Part shown: piece by piece, positions 1 through 10,126 of the stretch
How the letters are laid out: every line of letters begins with the position of its first letter
Position numbering within the stretch: position 1 is the stretch's first letter
Assembly (NCBI GenBank): GCA_934646185.1
Contig: CAKUEH010000001.1
Span: 168,345 to 232,344, forward strand
From: an uncultured Oscillospiraceae bacterium
GTDB taxonomy: Bacteria; Bacillota; Clostridia; Oscillospirales; Oscillospiraceae
Reading direction: 5' to 3'
Length of the DNA: 64,000 bases
Notes under the pieces: model-generated
Told to the model about the DNA's origin: nothing
What the model saw: only the letters and a program-made list of their open reading frames with translations
The model's database searches: none
Translations under genes and position numbers: made by a program

Positions 1-65
1 TATCGATGCGCCATGATTTTACCGGCTTGATTTATCGCAGTCATGGCATCTCTATGCAAAATGTT

Positions 66-103
66 ACAAATGCCTCGTGAGATTGCTCTCACGAGGCATT
101 TGT
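66..103. terminator. Terminator-like hairpin
   Basis: Perfect 16-bp stem ACAAATGCCTCGTGAG / CTCACGAGGCATTTGT around a 6-nt loop. It lies 3' of the kdgK remnant. Confidence 0.5.
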
Positions 104-299
104 TCGTTCACTGCACCAGCTGACTGCTTCTTACAGCTCCAAAGGCGGGGCACGGTCTGCACTCTTTCGTAAGTATCCTTTGGAACAAGAAACTTGTGCG
201 TAGCTTTTTTATGAACGGTTTGCAATGCAGACCGTTCTTTTTCCGTCCTGCAAAACAGTTTTCTGAAAACTGGCAAAAAAGCGTTTTGGAGATTGTAGT

Positions 300-775
300 A
301 AGGGTAATTTCGAGCGACTTCTGCACGTCCTCCTCGTTGGCGATCGCCACGTCAACGTGCTTTGCAAGCTCGCGCATGACCTCGCTGGCCTTTTTGTCAT
401 ATTTCCACAGGTTCTTGCGATAGTTCATTCAGGTCGCAGGAAACGGTAATACCGCGCTTTTTGGCTTCCTGTACAGACTCCAGCGACAGCGCCATCGCGG
501 ATTCGGAGATTGCAGGCGTAATACCCGTGATGTGGAACCACTCCACGCCCTCGAAGGCTTTATCCCAGTCGATATCGCCGGGCTTCGCCATGGCGATGGC
601 CGACCATGCGCGATCATAGATCACGTGGCTGGGAAGCTGGTTTGCGCCGCCTTCGACATATTAGACGCCAAAGCGGCCGTCTCCGGTGACGATGCGGGAG
701 GTGTCAACACCGAAGCCGCGCAGCTCCCGAACGCAGGCATCCGTGATATCGCCGCTTCGTCGATGCAAGCTTCAT
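300..775 (-). pseudogene. kdgK: 2-dehydro-3-deoxygluconokinase (KdgK, PfkB family) remnant
   Basis: Minus-strand translation reads GDITDACVRELRGFGVDTSRIVTGDGRFGV*YVEGGANQLPSHVIYDRAWSAIAMAKPGDIDWDKAFEGVEWFHITGITPAISE...GITVSCDLN. It continues in another frame as YRKNLWKYDKKASEVMRELAKHVDVAIANEEDVQKSLEI. There is an in-frame TAA (rc of 661-663) and a frameshift at a TGAATGAA tandem 4-nt duplication (rc of 424-431). No recognisable N-terminus or C-terminal half remains. Confidence 0.75.
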
Positions 776-974
776 ATCCCTCGTCCCGCCGCAGGCGGCA
801 GGTCTCGTCCATTCCGCTGCATTTCCTCTTTCGACCGAACCCGCTGCGCTGGGCTTCGGTCGAATTTTGTGCCGCACATCGGCGCAACGTCCGGTTTTCT
901 GGTGCTTAGCGGGTACGCGCCCGGCTGTACCACAAAAGCCGCACAAGCCGCCGACACGGGTTCGACGGCGTGGT

Positions 975-1006
975 AATCTTTGCTTACAGCGGCGCAGACT
1001 CTGCGT
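975..1006 (+). repeat. Copy A of a three-copy ~25-30-nt motif with a short hairpin and T-run
   Basis: AATCTTTGCTTACAGCGGCGCAGACTCTGCG followed by TTTTT. It shares the core TTCTTTG(T/C)TT.C.GCGGCGCAG with 9700-9741 and 19522-19553. Confidence 0.5.
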
Positions 1007-1113
1007 TTTTCTGGTCCATGCAAAAACCAGAACATACAATTTCACCGCCTATCGGAAGTGTTCCGATAGGCGGCGAAGTGTTTATATCAAGGAATGTTTT
1101 CCGTATGCGTTTT

Positions 1114-1992
1114 TTATCCTTTGACGGAGCCGGCGGTGACGCCTTTGACGATATAGCGCGAGAGGAAGATGTACACGAGCAGCACCGGCAGGATGGCAAG
1201 GAGGATGAACATATACACCTTGCCGAGGTCAAACTTCGAGTAGTCCGCCGCGCGCAGCTGTGCGATCATGATGGGGACGGTTTTCATTTCCGCTTTATCG
1301 AGCAGCAGAGCGGGCAGGAAGTAGTTGTTCCAGGACTCGACGAACGTGAAGATCAGCTGCACGGAGATGGCAGGCTTCAGCATGGGCAGCACGATTCGGT
1401 TGAAGGTGAAGAACTCGCCCGAGCCGTCGACACGCGCAGCCTCCACGATCTCCATGGGCAGGACGCTCTTCATGTACTGGATCATGTAGAAGAACACGAC
1501 CGGCGCCGCGATGCCGGGGAGGATCAGCGGCAGATAGCTGTTCGTCAGCTTCAGCTTGTAGCACAGCTGGACAAAGCCTGCGGCGGAGACCTGCTTGGGA
1601 ATGACCATGACGGCCATGATGAACAGGAATGCGAGCCGCTTGAGCTTAAAATTGTAGGCGTGCAGACCGTAGGCGGTCAGCGCGGAAAAATAGGTGGACA
1701 GAATGGCCGTCGCAGCCGCGATGATAAAGCTGTTGAACATGCCGCGCGGGATGTTGATGGAGCTGTCGTTCCACGCGTTTTTGAGGTTCTCCAGAAAATG
1801 CCCCTGCGGCAGCGCCTTGAAGCCGCCCTGCAGATCTGCGTTGGTCCGGGACGCGTTGACGATCAGCATATAGAACGAGAACAGGCAGAGGACCGACAGA
1901 AAGATCAGCAGCGCATAGACCAGCACCCGGCTGACGGTCAGCATGGCGCGGGCTTTGCGGCTGTCAACGGAACTCTTTTTCATTGCACGCAC
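1114..1992 (-). CDS. Carbohydrate ABC transporter permease (CUT1, MalG-like)
   Basis: 292-aa ORF with multiple TM segments and a sugar-permease-like sequence. It is tightly linked to the next permease (4-nt gap). Confidence 0.9.
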   Translation of the reverse strand: MRAMKKSSVDSRKARAMLTVSRVLVYALLIFLSVLCLFSFYMLIVNASRTNADLQGGFKALPQGHFLENLKNAWNDSSINIPRGMFNSFIIAAATAILSTYFSALTAYGLHAYNFKLKRLAFLFIMAVMVIPKQVSAAGFVQLCYKLKLTNSYLPLILPGIAAPVVFFYMIQYMKSVLPMEIVEAARVDGSGEFFTFNRIVLPMLKPAISVQLIFTFVESWNNYFLPALLLDKAEMKTVPIMIAQLRAADYSKFDLGKVYMFILLAILPVLLVYIFLSRYIVKGVTAGSVKG

Positions 1993-1996
1993 CCCC

Positions 1997-2947
1997 TTAC
2001 TGCTCGTCCTGCTTCGTCAGCGACTTGAACACCACAAGGCTCAGAAGACCCGTGATGAGGAAGATCACGACGGAAATTGCGCCGGACATACCGTAGTTCT
2101 TGCTCGTCTTGAGGTAATTGTTGAGGTACATGACGAGCGTCGTCGAGGTGCGGTTCGGCGTTCCAAGCGCGTTGGTCAGCACCTGCGGCACATCGAACAT
2201 CTGAAGACCGCCGATGAGCGCCGTGATGACCGTGTAGACTAAAATCGGCATCAGGAGCGGCAGCGTCACCTTGAAAAACACCTGCAGCGACGTCGCGCCG
2301 TCGATGTTTGCCGCCTCAAACAGGCTCTGGTCGATGCCCATGATGCCGGCCATGAGCAGGATCGTCGTGTTGCCGAACCACATGAGGAAGTTCATCAGGC
2401 AGATGAGCCCGCGCACGGTAAAGCGGATGTTGAAAAAGTCGATCGGCATATCGATCCAGCCGAGCTGCGTCAGGATCTGGTTGATCGGACCGACATTCGA
2501 AAACAGCATATAAAACAGCATCGCGAACGCCGATGCCATGATGAGGTTCGGCATATAAATGACGGTCTTAAAGAACTGCTGGCCCTTGATCTTCAGGCGG
2601 TAGCTCGTAAAGAAGCACGCGAGCATCAGCGAGATCACGACCTGCGGGATCGCACCGCCGACCCAGAGTGCAATGGTATTTCCCGCATATTTCAAAATGT
2701 CGATCGTTCCGTTTTTATCCGGCGTAAAGAGCGTGATGTAGTTCTTCAGACCGACGAAATTCGGTCCGACCTGCGTCAGACCCTCCCGGTAGTTTTCAAA
2801 AAAGCTGTTGTAGATCGTCAGCAGCTGCGGCGCGAAGTGAAACAGTGCATAGGCCAGAAAGAACGGCGCGATAAAAATATAGCCCCACTTTGCGTAGCTG
2901 ATTTTGGACCGTTTGGTTTTCAATTTGGGTGCTTTTGTCGTCTGCAT
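1997..2947 (-). CDS. Carbohydrate ABC transporter permease (CUT1, MalF-like)
   Basis: 316-aa ORF with multiple TM segments. It sits in an operon with the SBP and second permease. Confidence 0.9.
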   Translation of the reverse strand: MQTTKAPKLKTKRSKISYAKWGYIFIAPFFLAYALFHFAPQLLTIYNSFFENYREGLTQVGPNFVGLKNYITLFTPDKNGTIDILKYAGNTIALWVGGAIPQVVISLMLACFFTSYRLKIKGQQFFKTVIYMPNLIMASAFAMLFYMLFSNVGPINQILTQLGWIDMPIDFFNIRFTVRGLICLMNFLMWFGNTTILLMAGIMGIDQSLFEAANIDGATSLQVFFKVTLPLLMPILVYTVITALIGGLQMFDVPQVLTNALGTPNRTSTTLVMYLNNYLKTSKNYGMSGAISVVIFLITGLLSLVVFKSLTKQDEQ

Positions 2948-3081
2948 CAGATCTCCTCCTCTTATTCTCAGACGTAGTTCCCAGCGGGGTGAATCGACTG
3001 GATCGAAACGACCGGTTCGGAAGCGCGCCCGAAATCGGCGCCGGGGCAGGGCGTTCGCCCTGCCCCGGGAAGCCGCAGGAT

Positions 3082-4467
3082 TTACGGAGTGACGATGGTC
3101 GGATACTTTTCGTTGATGTACTTATAGAAGTTGCTCATGGCCTCGTCCTCGGTGACGGTGCCCTTGCAGTACTCTCTCCAGTTGGCCTGCAGACCCTCGT
3201 TGAGCAGCTGGTCATAGATGGTGTGGTTTTCGAACTTGATGTTCTTGGCAAGGTCGCAGAACAGTGCGATGTCGTTCTGGCCGCCGAGGAACTCGCTGCC
3301 GTAGGTCGGATCCTGCGCAACGGTCTCGTTGACCTTCTGGTTGTTGGAGAACTGCGCCTCGTTCTTGACCAGGTTCGTGCAGACCTCTTCATCGTTGATG
3401 AAGGTGTTCATGATATCGGCAACCATGGTGGGGTTATCCGTGCCGGCAGGAGCCAGCAGCCACGTACCGCCCCAGAAGTGTGCCTGCGGGCCTTCGCAGA
3501 TCGCCCAGTCGCCGAAGCAGCCCTTGTCCGCGTCCTGTGCGTTGCCCATGGAGAAGTTGAAGTACCAGGCCGGCCCAAAGTAGCACATGGCCTTGCCGTC
3601 TCCGAACATCTGCGCGGTGCACTCATCGGACCAGATATCGCAGTCCTGCGTGTAGCCGTTGTCGGAGAAGTCCTTGGCCTGCTGCATCCAGGTCCGGATG
3701 GCGGGATCGATCTGGAGGTTGTTGTTTGCGTCGACCCACGGTTCGGAAACGTTGTTGGAGAAGACACGGTAGGTAGCAGCCTCGGAGGCGGTCATCAGAT
3801 AGCCCTTGGCCTTGGCGTCAGCCGCGACAGCATTGAACTTGTCCCAGCTGTTCAGCAGCTCCTGGACCTCGGCGGGATCGTCGGTGCCCAGAACGTCCTT
3901 GGCGATGGAGCGGCGATAAATGAGAGCTGCCGGGCAGCACTGGAAGGAGACGCCCTTGACCACGCCGGAAGCGTCGGAAGCAGCCTGCACGGTGTAGGCA
4001 TAGGTGTTGGAGAAGTCGGTCACGCCGAGGGCGGTGATGTCCTGCGTGACGGGCGACTCGGTGTACTTCTGGATGTAGTCGGCCTCAGCGAGGAACAGGT
4101 CGACCTTGTCGTCGGCGGAAGCGTTCTCCTGATTGAGCAGCGCCTCGTCGAGCTTGTCCTGATAGGCGCCGTCGGCGCTCGGGGTGATGATCCAGTTGAC
4201 GGTCACGCCTTCGGGAACGGTGTAGTACTTCTCAAAGAAGCCCTTGAATTCTTCGTTCCAGGCGTAGATGTTGAAGACCTTGCCTTCCTCGGAAGCGGGT
4301 TCTTCGGCGGCAGTCTCTTCGGCGGCGGTGGTTTCTTCGGTCTTGGCCGGCTCGGCCGTTTCCGTGGAAGCGGCGGGCGTGTCGGTCGTCGTTTCCTTGC
4401 TCGCGCAGCCTGCAAACACAGCTGCGAGCATCAGGACTGCAAGCAGCAGCGCAAGATACTTTTTCAT
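3082..4467 (-). CDS. ABC transporter extracellular solute-binding lipoprotein
   Basis: Start taken at MKKYLALLLAVLMLAAVFAGC (signal peptide plus lipobox), preceded by AGGAGG (rc of 4474-4479). The 53-codon upstream extension in the track lacks an RBS. Confidence 0.85.
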   Translation of the reverse strand: MKKYLALLLAVLMLAAVFAGCASKETTTDTPAASTETAEPAKTEETTAAEETAAEEPASEEGKVFNIYAWNEEFKGFFEKYYTVPEGVTVNWIITPSADGAYQDKLDEALLNQENASADDKVDLFLAEADYIQKYTESPVTQDITALGVTDFSNTYAYTVQAASDASGVVKGVSFQCCPAALIYRRSIAKDVLGTDDPAEVQELLNSWDKFNAVAADAKAKGYLMTASEAATYRVFSNNVSEPWVDANNNLQIDPAIRTWMQQAKDFSDNGYTQDCDIWSDECTAQMFGDGKAMCYFGPAWYFNFSMGNAQDADKGCFGDWAICEGPQAHFWGGTWLLAPAGTDNPTMVADIMNTFINDEEVCTNLVKNEAQFSNNQKVNETVAQDPTYGSEFLGGQNDIALFCDLAKNIKFENHTIYDQLLNEGLQANWREYCKGTVTEDEAMSNFYKYINEKYPTIVTP

Positions 4468-4543
4468 TTGAATTCCTCCTGTAAAAATATAATGGTTGGT
4501 ACTTTGATCTATGTGCACTGCCTCGCGGCAGAGAGCACCATCT

Positions 4544-5551
4544 TCAAATCGCGCGGACGGAGCCACCCTCGACCAGCTTGCCCGGAATGAGAATCCGGTC
4601 GACCAGTGCGGTACGCGGCTTTTCAATGAGCTCGATGAGCTTCGCGGCGGCGGTCTTGCCGAGCGCGGCCGTGTCCTGACGATAGGTGGTCATCGCCGGG
4701 TTCGTAACGCTTGCAAGCTGGATGCCGTCATAGGCTGCGGCGCTGACATCCTCGGGAAGGCGAAGCCCCATGCGCCGGATGGCGTTGCCGCCGCCGATGC
4801 TGGAAAAATCGTCCGGCATCAGGATGCAGGTCGGCCGCTCCGGCAACCGAAGCAGTTCCTGCGTCAGCTCCGCGCAGCGGTCGGGGTCATGGTACACGCC
4901 CTCGCGGACATATTCCTCCGGGATCTCCAGGCCCAGCGCATCGCAGGCACGGTAGAAGCCTGTCAGGCGGTTTTCCGTGACGGTGGTACGTTCGCCGTGG
5001 ATGAATGCGATGCGGCGGTGGCCCTTCGCATAGATGTAGCGGATCAGCTCCTCCATGCCGCGCACGTTGTCAGAAAGGACGGCGGCGCGGTTATTGAAGA
5101 CGTGATCGATGGTCACGACCGGAAGGCGGGAATTGACCAGTTCCAGCACCTGCGGATCATTGAAATCGACGCAGGCAATCACCACGCCGTCGACGCCGCG
5201 ATACTGGCAGTGCTGCAGGTATGTCGTCGCCTTTTTGCCGACGTTGCGGTTGATGAAGGTAATGTCATAGCCGTTGGCCTCGGCCTCGACCTTGAGGCTC
5301 TCGAGCACGGCGGAGAAATATTCATGCGCAAGACCGCTTCTGCGCTCATCGACGAACAGAACGCCGATATTATAGGTGCGGTTTGTTTTCAACGCACGGG
5401 CGGCAGAGTTGGTCATATAGCCGAGGGAGTCGGCGGTATTACAAATCAACTCCCGCGTCTGCTCGCCGATGTCCGGCTGCCCGGAGAGGGCCTTGCTGAC
5501 GGTCGCGACCGAAACTCCGCAGGCCTTTGCGATATCCTTCATAGAAACCAT
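4544..5551 (-). CDS. LacI-family transcriptional regulator
   Basis: N-terminal HTH MVSMKDIAKACGVSVATVSKALSG followed by a periplasmic-binding-like fold. GGAGG lies 9 nt upstream of the chosen ATG. Confidence 0.9.
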   Translation of the reverse strand: MVSMKDIAKACGVSVATVSKALSGQPDIGEQTRELICNTADSLGYMTNSAARALKTNRTYNIGVLFVDERRSGLAHEYFSAVLESLKVEAEANGYDITFINRNVGKKATTYLQHCQYRGVDGVVIACVDFNDPQVLELVNSRLPVVTIDHVFNNRAAVLSDNVRGMEELIRYIYAKGHRRIAFIHGERTTVTENRLTGFYRACDALGLEIPEEYVREGVYHDPDRCAELTQELLRLPERPTCILMPDDFSSIGGGNAIRRMGLRLPEDVSAAAYDGIQLASVTNPAMTTYRQDTAALGKTAAAKLIELIEKPRTALVDRILIPGKLVEGGSVRAI

Positions 5552-5800
5552 GCCGGTCTGCCTCCATTTCATCCCCGCGTTTTCTTAATCGTTTTCGTAA
5601 CCTCAAGATAGCGGATTCCTCGCAAAAATGCAAGTGATTTTTTTCGCTTTTTGAGGTTTTAAATGAAGTTTGGATGTTCTGCTCAGTTTTCTCACGTAAA
5701 TTTAGCAGTTTTGACAGCTTAACGCTTCCGAAACTTGCTCTGCATTTTCCCACATTCATGAGAAAACATGTTTTTTCAGAAAAAACCGCAAAATATGTCT

Positions 5801-5820
5801 TGCATTTTGATCAAAAAGCA
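5801..5820. promoter_or_regulatory. Candidate LacI-type operator (near-perfect 20-bp palindrome)
   Basis: TGCATTTTGATCAAAAAGCA (18/20 symmetric) in the lacI / GH94 divergent intergenic region. A second palindrome AAAACATGTTTT lies near 5764-5775. Confidence 0.3.
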
Positions 5821-5916
5821 GCTATTGTAAAGATGCATATCCGTTATATTGACAACTCAAACGATTTCGAATACTGCCAGTACGCACCAGCCTGCTGGCA
5901 TGGGAAGGAGTTCTAA

Positions 5917-8355
5917 ATGCAATTCGGCCATTTTGACGATCAGCAGCGGGAATATGTGATCACCGACCCGCGCACACCGCTTCCATGGATCAACTATCTC
6001 GGCAGTGAGGATTTTTTCACGCTCCTGTCCAACACGGCAGGCGGCTACTGCTTCTATCGTGACGCGCGGCTGCGTCGGCTGACGCGCTACCGCTATAATA
6101 ACTGCCCAACCGATCAGGAGGGCTTCCATATTTACATCAAAGACGGCGCTACCGTCTGGAACCCCGGCTGGCAGCCCGCGAAAACGGAGCTGGACCGCTA
6201 TACCTGCCGCCACGGCCTCGGCTACAGCGTGATCGAGGGGCAGAAAAACGGCGTTTCGGCCGCGCAGACGCTGCTGATCCCGCAGGGCGACAACTGCCTG
6301 CTCATCCGGCTGACGCTGAAAAATGGGACTGACGCAGAAAAGACGCTCGATGTGTTCCCCTATGTAGAGTTCTGCCTCTGGGACGCAATGGACGACGGCT
6401 CCAACTTCCAGCGGAACTTTTCCATCGGCGAGGTTGAGGTCGAGCCGGACGCCATTTATCACAAATCCGAATACCGCGAGCGGCGCGATCACTATGCCGT
6501 GTTCTGGGCGAACCGCCCGTATGACGGCTTCGATACCGCGCGCGACGCCTTCATTGGCCTCTACGGCTCCCCTGCCCTGCCCGAGGCTGTCAAAAACGGG
6601 CGCTGCACCGGCTCGGCCGCGCACGGCTGGGCGCCGGTCGGCGCGATGCATTTCCATATGGCGCTGCGGCCCGGCGAGTCGCGGGAACTTTTCTTTGGTC
6701 TTGGCTACGTGGAAAACCCGGAGGATGAGAAATTCTCCGCGCCCGGCGTGATCAACAAGACGCGCGCGCATGCGATGATCGAAAAATACCGTACCCCGGC
6801 ACAGTTTGACGCGGCAATGGACGCGCTGCGCGGGCACTGGGACAGGCTTCTTTCGAATTTCCACGCAGAGACCGGCGATGAAAAGGTCGACCGGATGGTC
6901 AACATCTGGAACCAGTATCAGTGCATGGTCACGTTCAACATGAGCCGCTCTGCCTCCTATTTTGAAAGCGGCATGGGCCGCGGCATGGGCTTCCGTGATT
7001 CGTGTCAGGATCTGCTCGGATTTGTACACATCATTCCGGAACGGGCGCGGGAGCGTATTCTGGACATTGCCGCCACGCAGTTTGCAGACGGCAGCGCCTA
7101 TCATCAGTACCAGCCGCTCACAAAAAAGGGGAATCTTGCTGTCGGCAGTGGGTTCAACGATGACCCGCTGTGGCTGATCGCAGGCGTGGACGCTTACTTA
7201 CGCGAAACGGGCGACTGGTCGATCCTGGACGAGACCGTGACCTTTGACTGTGACCCGGACAACGCCGCGCCTCTCATGGAGCATCTGCGCCGCAGCTTCC
7301 GGTTCACCTGCACGCATCTCGGGCCGCACAAGCTGCCCCTTATCGGCCGCGCCGACTGGAACGACTGCCTGAATCTCAACTGCTTCTCCGCCCACCCCGG
7401 CGAAAGCTTCCAGATCACCGGCCCCAGCGAGGGCCCCGTCGCAGAGTCCGTGTTCATCGCGGGGATGTTCGTCAAATACGTCAGAGCCTACGCCGGAATC
7501 CTCCGTTACCTCGGTTTGACCGAAGAGGCAGCCAGTGCAGACGAAGCCGCAGCTGAGATGGAGAAAACCGTTTTGGACGCGGGCTGGGATGGAGCGTGGT
7601 TCCGCCGGGCCTACGACGCGTTCGGCGCGCCCGTCGGAAGCAAAGACTGCGCCGAGGGACAGATCTTCATCGAGCCGCAGGGCATGTGCGTCATGGCCGG
7701 CATCGGCAAGGAAACCGGCGAGGCTGCACAGGCGCTGAAAAGCGTGGAAGATCGGCTCGACAGCAGGTTCGGCATCGTCCTTCTGCAGCCGGCCTACACA
7801 AAATATTATCTGAATCTCGGCGAGATCAGCTCGTATCCGCCCGGATACAAGGAAAATGCGGGGATTTTCTGTCACAACAATCCCTGGATTACCTGCGCGG
7901 AGGCCGTCCTGGGGCACGGCGCACGCGCGTTTGAGACCTATCGGAAGATCTGCCCGGCCTATCTGGAAGCCGTCAGTGAGGTCCACCGCACGGAGCCGTA
8001 TGTCTACAGCCAGATGGTCGCAGGCAAGGACGCGCCGACGTTCGGCGAGGCCAAAAACAGCTGGCTGACCGGCACGGCCGCATGGACGTTCGTATCGATC
8101 TCGCAGGCCATTCTCGGTGTGCAGCCGGAGCTGGACGGGCTGCGGATCAACCCGTGTGTCCCGCCGGAATGGAAGCAGCTCACGCTGACCCGGCGCTTCC
8201 GCGGCGCGCAGTACCGCATCACGGTCGAAAATCCGGACGGCGCGGAGCACGGCGTGCGGGAGCTGTATGTGGACGGCGTGCGGCAGGGCGGGAACCTGAT
8301 CGCGCCCGCCGCGCCGGGCAGCGTTGTTTCGGTGCGCGTGGTCATGGGAGGCTGA
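5917..8355 (+). CDS. GH94 cellobiose (cellodextrin/chitobiose-type) phosphorylase
   Basis: 812 aa. The N-terminus [34 protein letters not shown]...[16 protein letters not shown] is characteristic of GH94 cellobiose phosphorylases, and the size fits cellobiose phosphorylase rather than cellodextrin phosphorylase. GGAAGGAG RBS. Confidence 0.9.
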   Translation: MQFGHFDDQQREYVITDPRTPLPWINYLGSEDFFTLLSNTAGGYCFYRDARLRRLTRYRYNNCPTDQEGFHIYIKDGATVWNPGWQPAKTELDRYTCRHGLGYSVIEGQKNGVSAAQTLLIPQGDNCLLIRLTLKNGTDAEKTLDVFPYVEFCLWDAMDDGSNFQRNFSIGEVEVEPDAIYHKSEYRERRDHYAVFWANRPYDGFDTARDAFIGLYGSPALPEAVKNGRCTGSAAHGWAPVGAMHFHMALRPGESRELFFGLGYVENPEDEKFSAPGVINKTRAHAMIEKYRTPAQFDAAMDALRGHWDRLLSNFHAETGDEKVDRMVNIWNQYQCMVTFNMSRSASYFESGMGRGMGFRDSCQDLLGFVHIIPERARERILDIAATQFADGSAYHQYQPLTKKGNLAVGSGFNDDPLWLIAGVDAYLRETGDWSILDETVTFDCDPDNAAPLMEHLRRSFRFTCTHLGPHKLPLIGRADWNDCLNLNCFSAHPGESFQITGPSEGPVAESVFIAGMFVKYVRAYAGILRYLGLTEEAASADEAAAEMEKTVLDAGWDGAWFRRAYDAFGAPVGSKDCAEGQIFIEPQGMCVMAGIGKETGEAAQALKSVEDRLDSRFGIVLLQPAYTKYYLNLGEISSYPPGYKENAGIFCHNNPWITCAEAVLGHGARAFETYRKICPAYLEAVSEVHRTEPYVYSQMVAGKDAPTFGEAKNSWLTGTAAWTFVSISQAILGVQPELDGLRINPCVPPEWKQLTLTRRFRGAQYRITVENPDGAEHGVRELYVDGVRQGGNLIAPAAPGSVVSVRVVMGG

Positions 8356-8356
8356 G

Positions 8357-9697
8357 ATGGCGTTTCGCGAGGATTTTGTCTGGGGCGCGGCGTCAAGCGC
8401 GTATCAGACCGAGGGCTTCCCGTCCGCGGATGGCGGTGGGGAGAGCATCTGGGACGCATTCTGCCGCCAGCCCGGCGTGATCGCAAATGGAGATAACGGC
8501 TCGATCGCCTGCGACGGCTATCACCGCTTTGAAGAGGACATCGGGCTTTTAGCCTCGCTCGGCTTATCCGCTTACCGGTTTTCGACAAGCTGGGCGCGCA
8601 TTGACCCGAACGGCGACGGCCGGTGGAACGTGGCTGGACTCCAATACTACGACCGCGTGGTGGACTGCTGCCTTGCAAACGGCGTTACGCCGTGGATGAC
8701 ACTCTATCACTGGGAGCTGCCGCAGGCGCTGGAGGAAAAAGGCGGCTGGCAGAATTACGAGACGGTGGAACGCTTTGCGCAGTTTGCAGGCATGATGGCG
8801 GCACATTTTTCCGGCCGTGTTTCGCATTTCATCACCCTCAACGAGCCGCAGATCGTGCTCAAGCTCGGATACGCCGACGGCATTCATGCGCCCGGGAAGC
8901 GGCTTTCGCTTCCGGGACTCGTTTCGTGCTGGAAAAACCTCATGCTGGCGCACGGGCTTTCCTTCCGGGCCATCCGGAACGCTGCGCCGGAAGCTTTGAT
9001 CGGCATTGCCTCCACCGGCAAGCTCTGCTATCCGCACAGCCCTGCTGATGAGACCGCCGCACGGCAGGAAACCTTTCGCCTGACAGATGCCGACTGGATG
9101 TTCACGCACCCGATCGTTTTAGACGCCGTATGCCTAGGCCGCGTCAAACCGGAAGCGGGAGCGCTTCGCGGCCTTTTAGGCGCCGTCACGCCCGCAGAGT
9201 GGGACACGATGCACGCCGTTCCGGATTTCATCGGCATCAATTCGTACAACGGCAGCGAGATTGCCGCCGGGCCGGATGGTGCACCAGTCTATCTGCCGCG
9301 GCCGCAGGGCTTTGCCTGCACGGCGCTCAAGTGGCCCGTCACGCCGGAGATCATGGAGTATGGCTATGCCCACCTCTATGAACGTTACAAGCTGCCGCTT
9401 TATGTGACCGAGTGCGGGCTGAGCTGTAATGACCATATCTTCCTTGACGGGAAAGTTCACGACGTGGACCGGATCGATTCTCTGCACCGCTATCTGCTTG
9501 CGCTTTGCAGAGGATGTGAACGGGCCGACGTCCGCGGCTTTTTCCACTGGTCGCTGACCGACAATTTTGAGTGGCACAGCGGCTATGCCGAGCGCTTCGG
9601 CCTGATCTATGTCGACTATCCGACGCAAAAACGGATTCTGAAGGACAGCGCGCACTGGTATGCGCAGACCGCCCGGGAAAACGGCAGAAATCTGTAG
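8357..9697 (+). CDS. bglA: GH1 beta-glucosidase
   Basis: MAFREDFVWGAASSAYQTEG..., TLNEP and YVTECG motifs (the GH1 catalytic Glu motifs). The ATG lies 2 nt after the GH94 stop. Confidence 0.9.
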   Translation: MAFREDFVWGAASSAYQTEGFPSADGGGESIWDAFCRQPGVIANGDNGSIACDGYHRFEEDIGLLASLGLSAYRFSTSWARIDPNGDGRWNVAGLQYYDRVVDCCLANGVTPWMTLYHWELPQALEEKGGWQNYETVERFAQFAGMMAAHFSGRVSHFITLNEPQIVLKLGYADGIHAPGKRLSLPGLVSCWKNLMLAHGLSFRAIRNAAPEALIGIASTGKLCYPHSPADETAARQETFRLTDADWMFTHPIVLDAVCLGRVKPEAGALRGLLGAVTPAEWDTMHAVPDFIGINSYNGSEIAAGPDGAPVYLPRPQGFACTALKWPVTPEIMEYGYAHLYERYKLPLYVTECGLSCNDHIFLDGKVHDVDRIDSLHRYLLALCRGCERADVRGFFHWSLTDNFEWHSGYAERFGLIYVDYPTQKRILKDSAHWYAQTARENGRNL

Positions 9698-9699
9698 CT

Positions 9700-9741
9700 A
9701 TTCTTTGTTTACAGCGGCGCAGAACCTGCGCCGCTGGTTTT
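9700..9741 (+). terminator. bglA intrinsic terminator, also copy B of the three-copy motif
   Basis: ATTCTTTGTTTA then an 11-bp stem CAGCGGCGCAG / CTGCGCCGCTG (3-nt loop) and a T-run. Confidence 0.75.
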
Positions 9742-9747
9742 CTGCCC

Positions 9748-9769
9748 TGACCCAAACCGTGACCCAAAC
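9748..9769 (+). repeat. Tandem TGACCCAAAC x2 (candidate integrase arm-type sites, left)
   Basis: TGACCCAAAC at 9748-9757 and 9760-9769. The same 10-mer is repeated twice at 10012-10032. Confidence 0.5.
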
Positions 9770-9881
9770 GCGAAAAAATCAGGTGGATTTATCCGTACCG
9801 GAAAGGATACCACTGTGAAATTTTCCGAGCGGAAAGGCGCGGAAATGCCCTGAAATGTCCGTGAAAAATACCCGACCAACC

Positions 9882-9926
9882 TTCGGGACCAAGAGGCCTC
9901 GGGTTCGAATCCCGACACTCCGACCA
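9882..9926 (+). other. 3' fragment of a tRNA-Pro(CGG) gene (anticodon loop to CCA), probable att core
   Basis: TTCGGGA (anticodon loop, CGG) ... TCGGG TTCGAAT CCCGA (T-arm) CACTCCG A CCA. No matching 5' acceptor strand (CGGAGTG), D-arm or 5' anticodon stem lies upstream. It sits about 200 nt from the integrase 3' end. Confidence 0.7.
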
Positions 9927-9966
9927 AATCCGGCTGAAATCTTGCGGTTTCAGCCGGATTTTATTC
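9927..9966 (+). terminator. Hairpin directly after the tRNA fragment
   Basis: 13-bp stem AATCCGGCTGAAA / TTTCAGCCGGATT followed by TTTATT. Confidence 0.5.
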
Positions 9967-10011
9967 ATTTTCAGGACTTTTTTCGATGGAGAATTTTGTG
10001 ACTTTTCCGTT

Positions 10012-10032
10012 TGACCCAAACGTGACCCAAAC
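10012..10032 (+). repeat. Tandem TGACCCAAAC x2 (candidate arm-type sites, right)
   Basis: TGACCCAAAC at 10012-10021 and 10023-10032. A nearby GAGCGGAAAGCGCCGGAA resembles GAGCGGAAAGGCGCGGAA at 9828-9845. Confidence 0.5.
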
Positions 10033-10126
10033 GGGAATCTGGAGCGGAAAGCGCCGGAAGCTAGAAAACGCCGCCTGCCGGAGCAGTTCCGGCAGGCGGC
10101 GTGCGCTTTTCTGTTCATTTTTTCCG

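Noticed and set aside
1-60. A possible 3' end of a + strand gene entering the window.
   Set aside because: Only about 25 codons are visible, and the frame runs into the hairpin at 66-103. It cannot be identified.
5674-5916. An 80-aa ORF in the lacI/GH94 intergenic region.
   Set aside because: It is an AT-rich promoter region with no RBS and an implausible composition. The region more likely carries promoters and operators.
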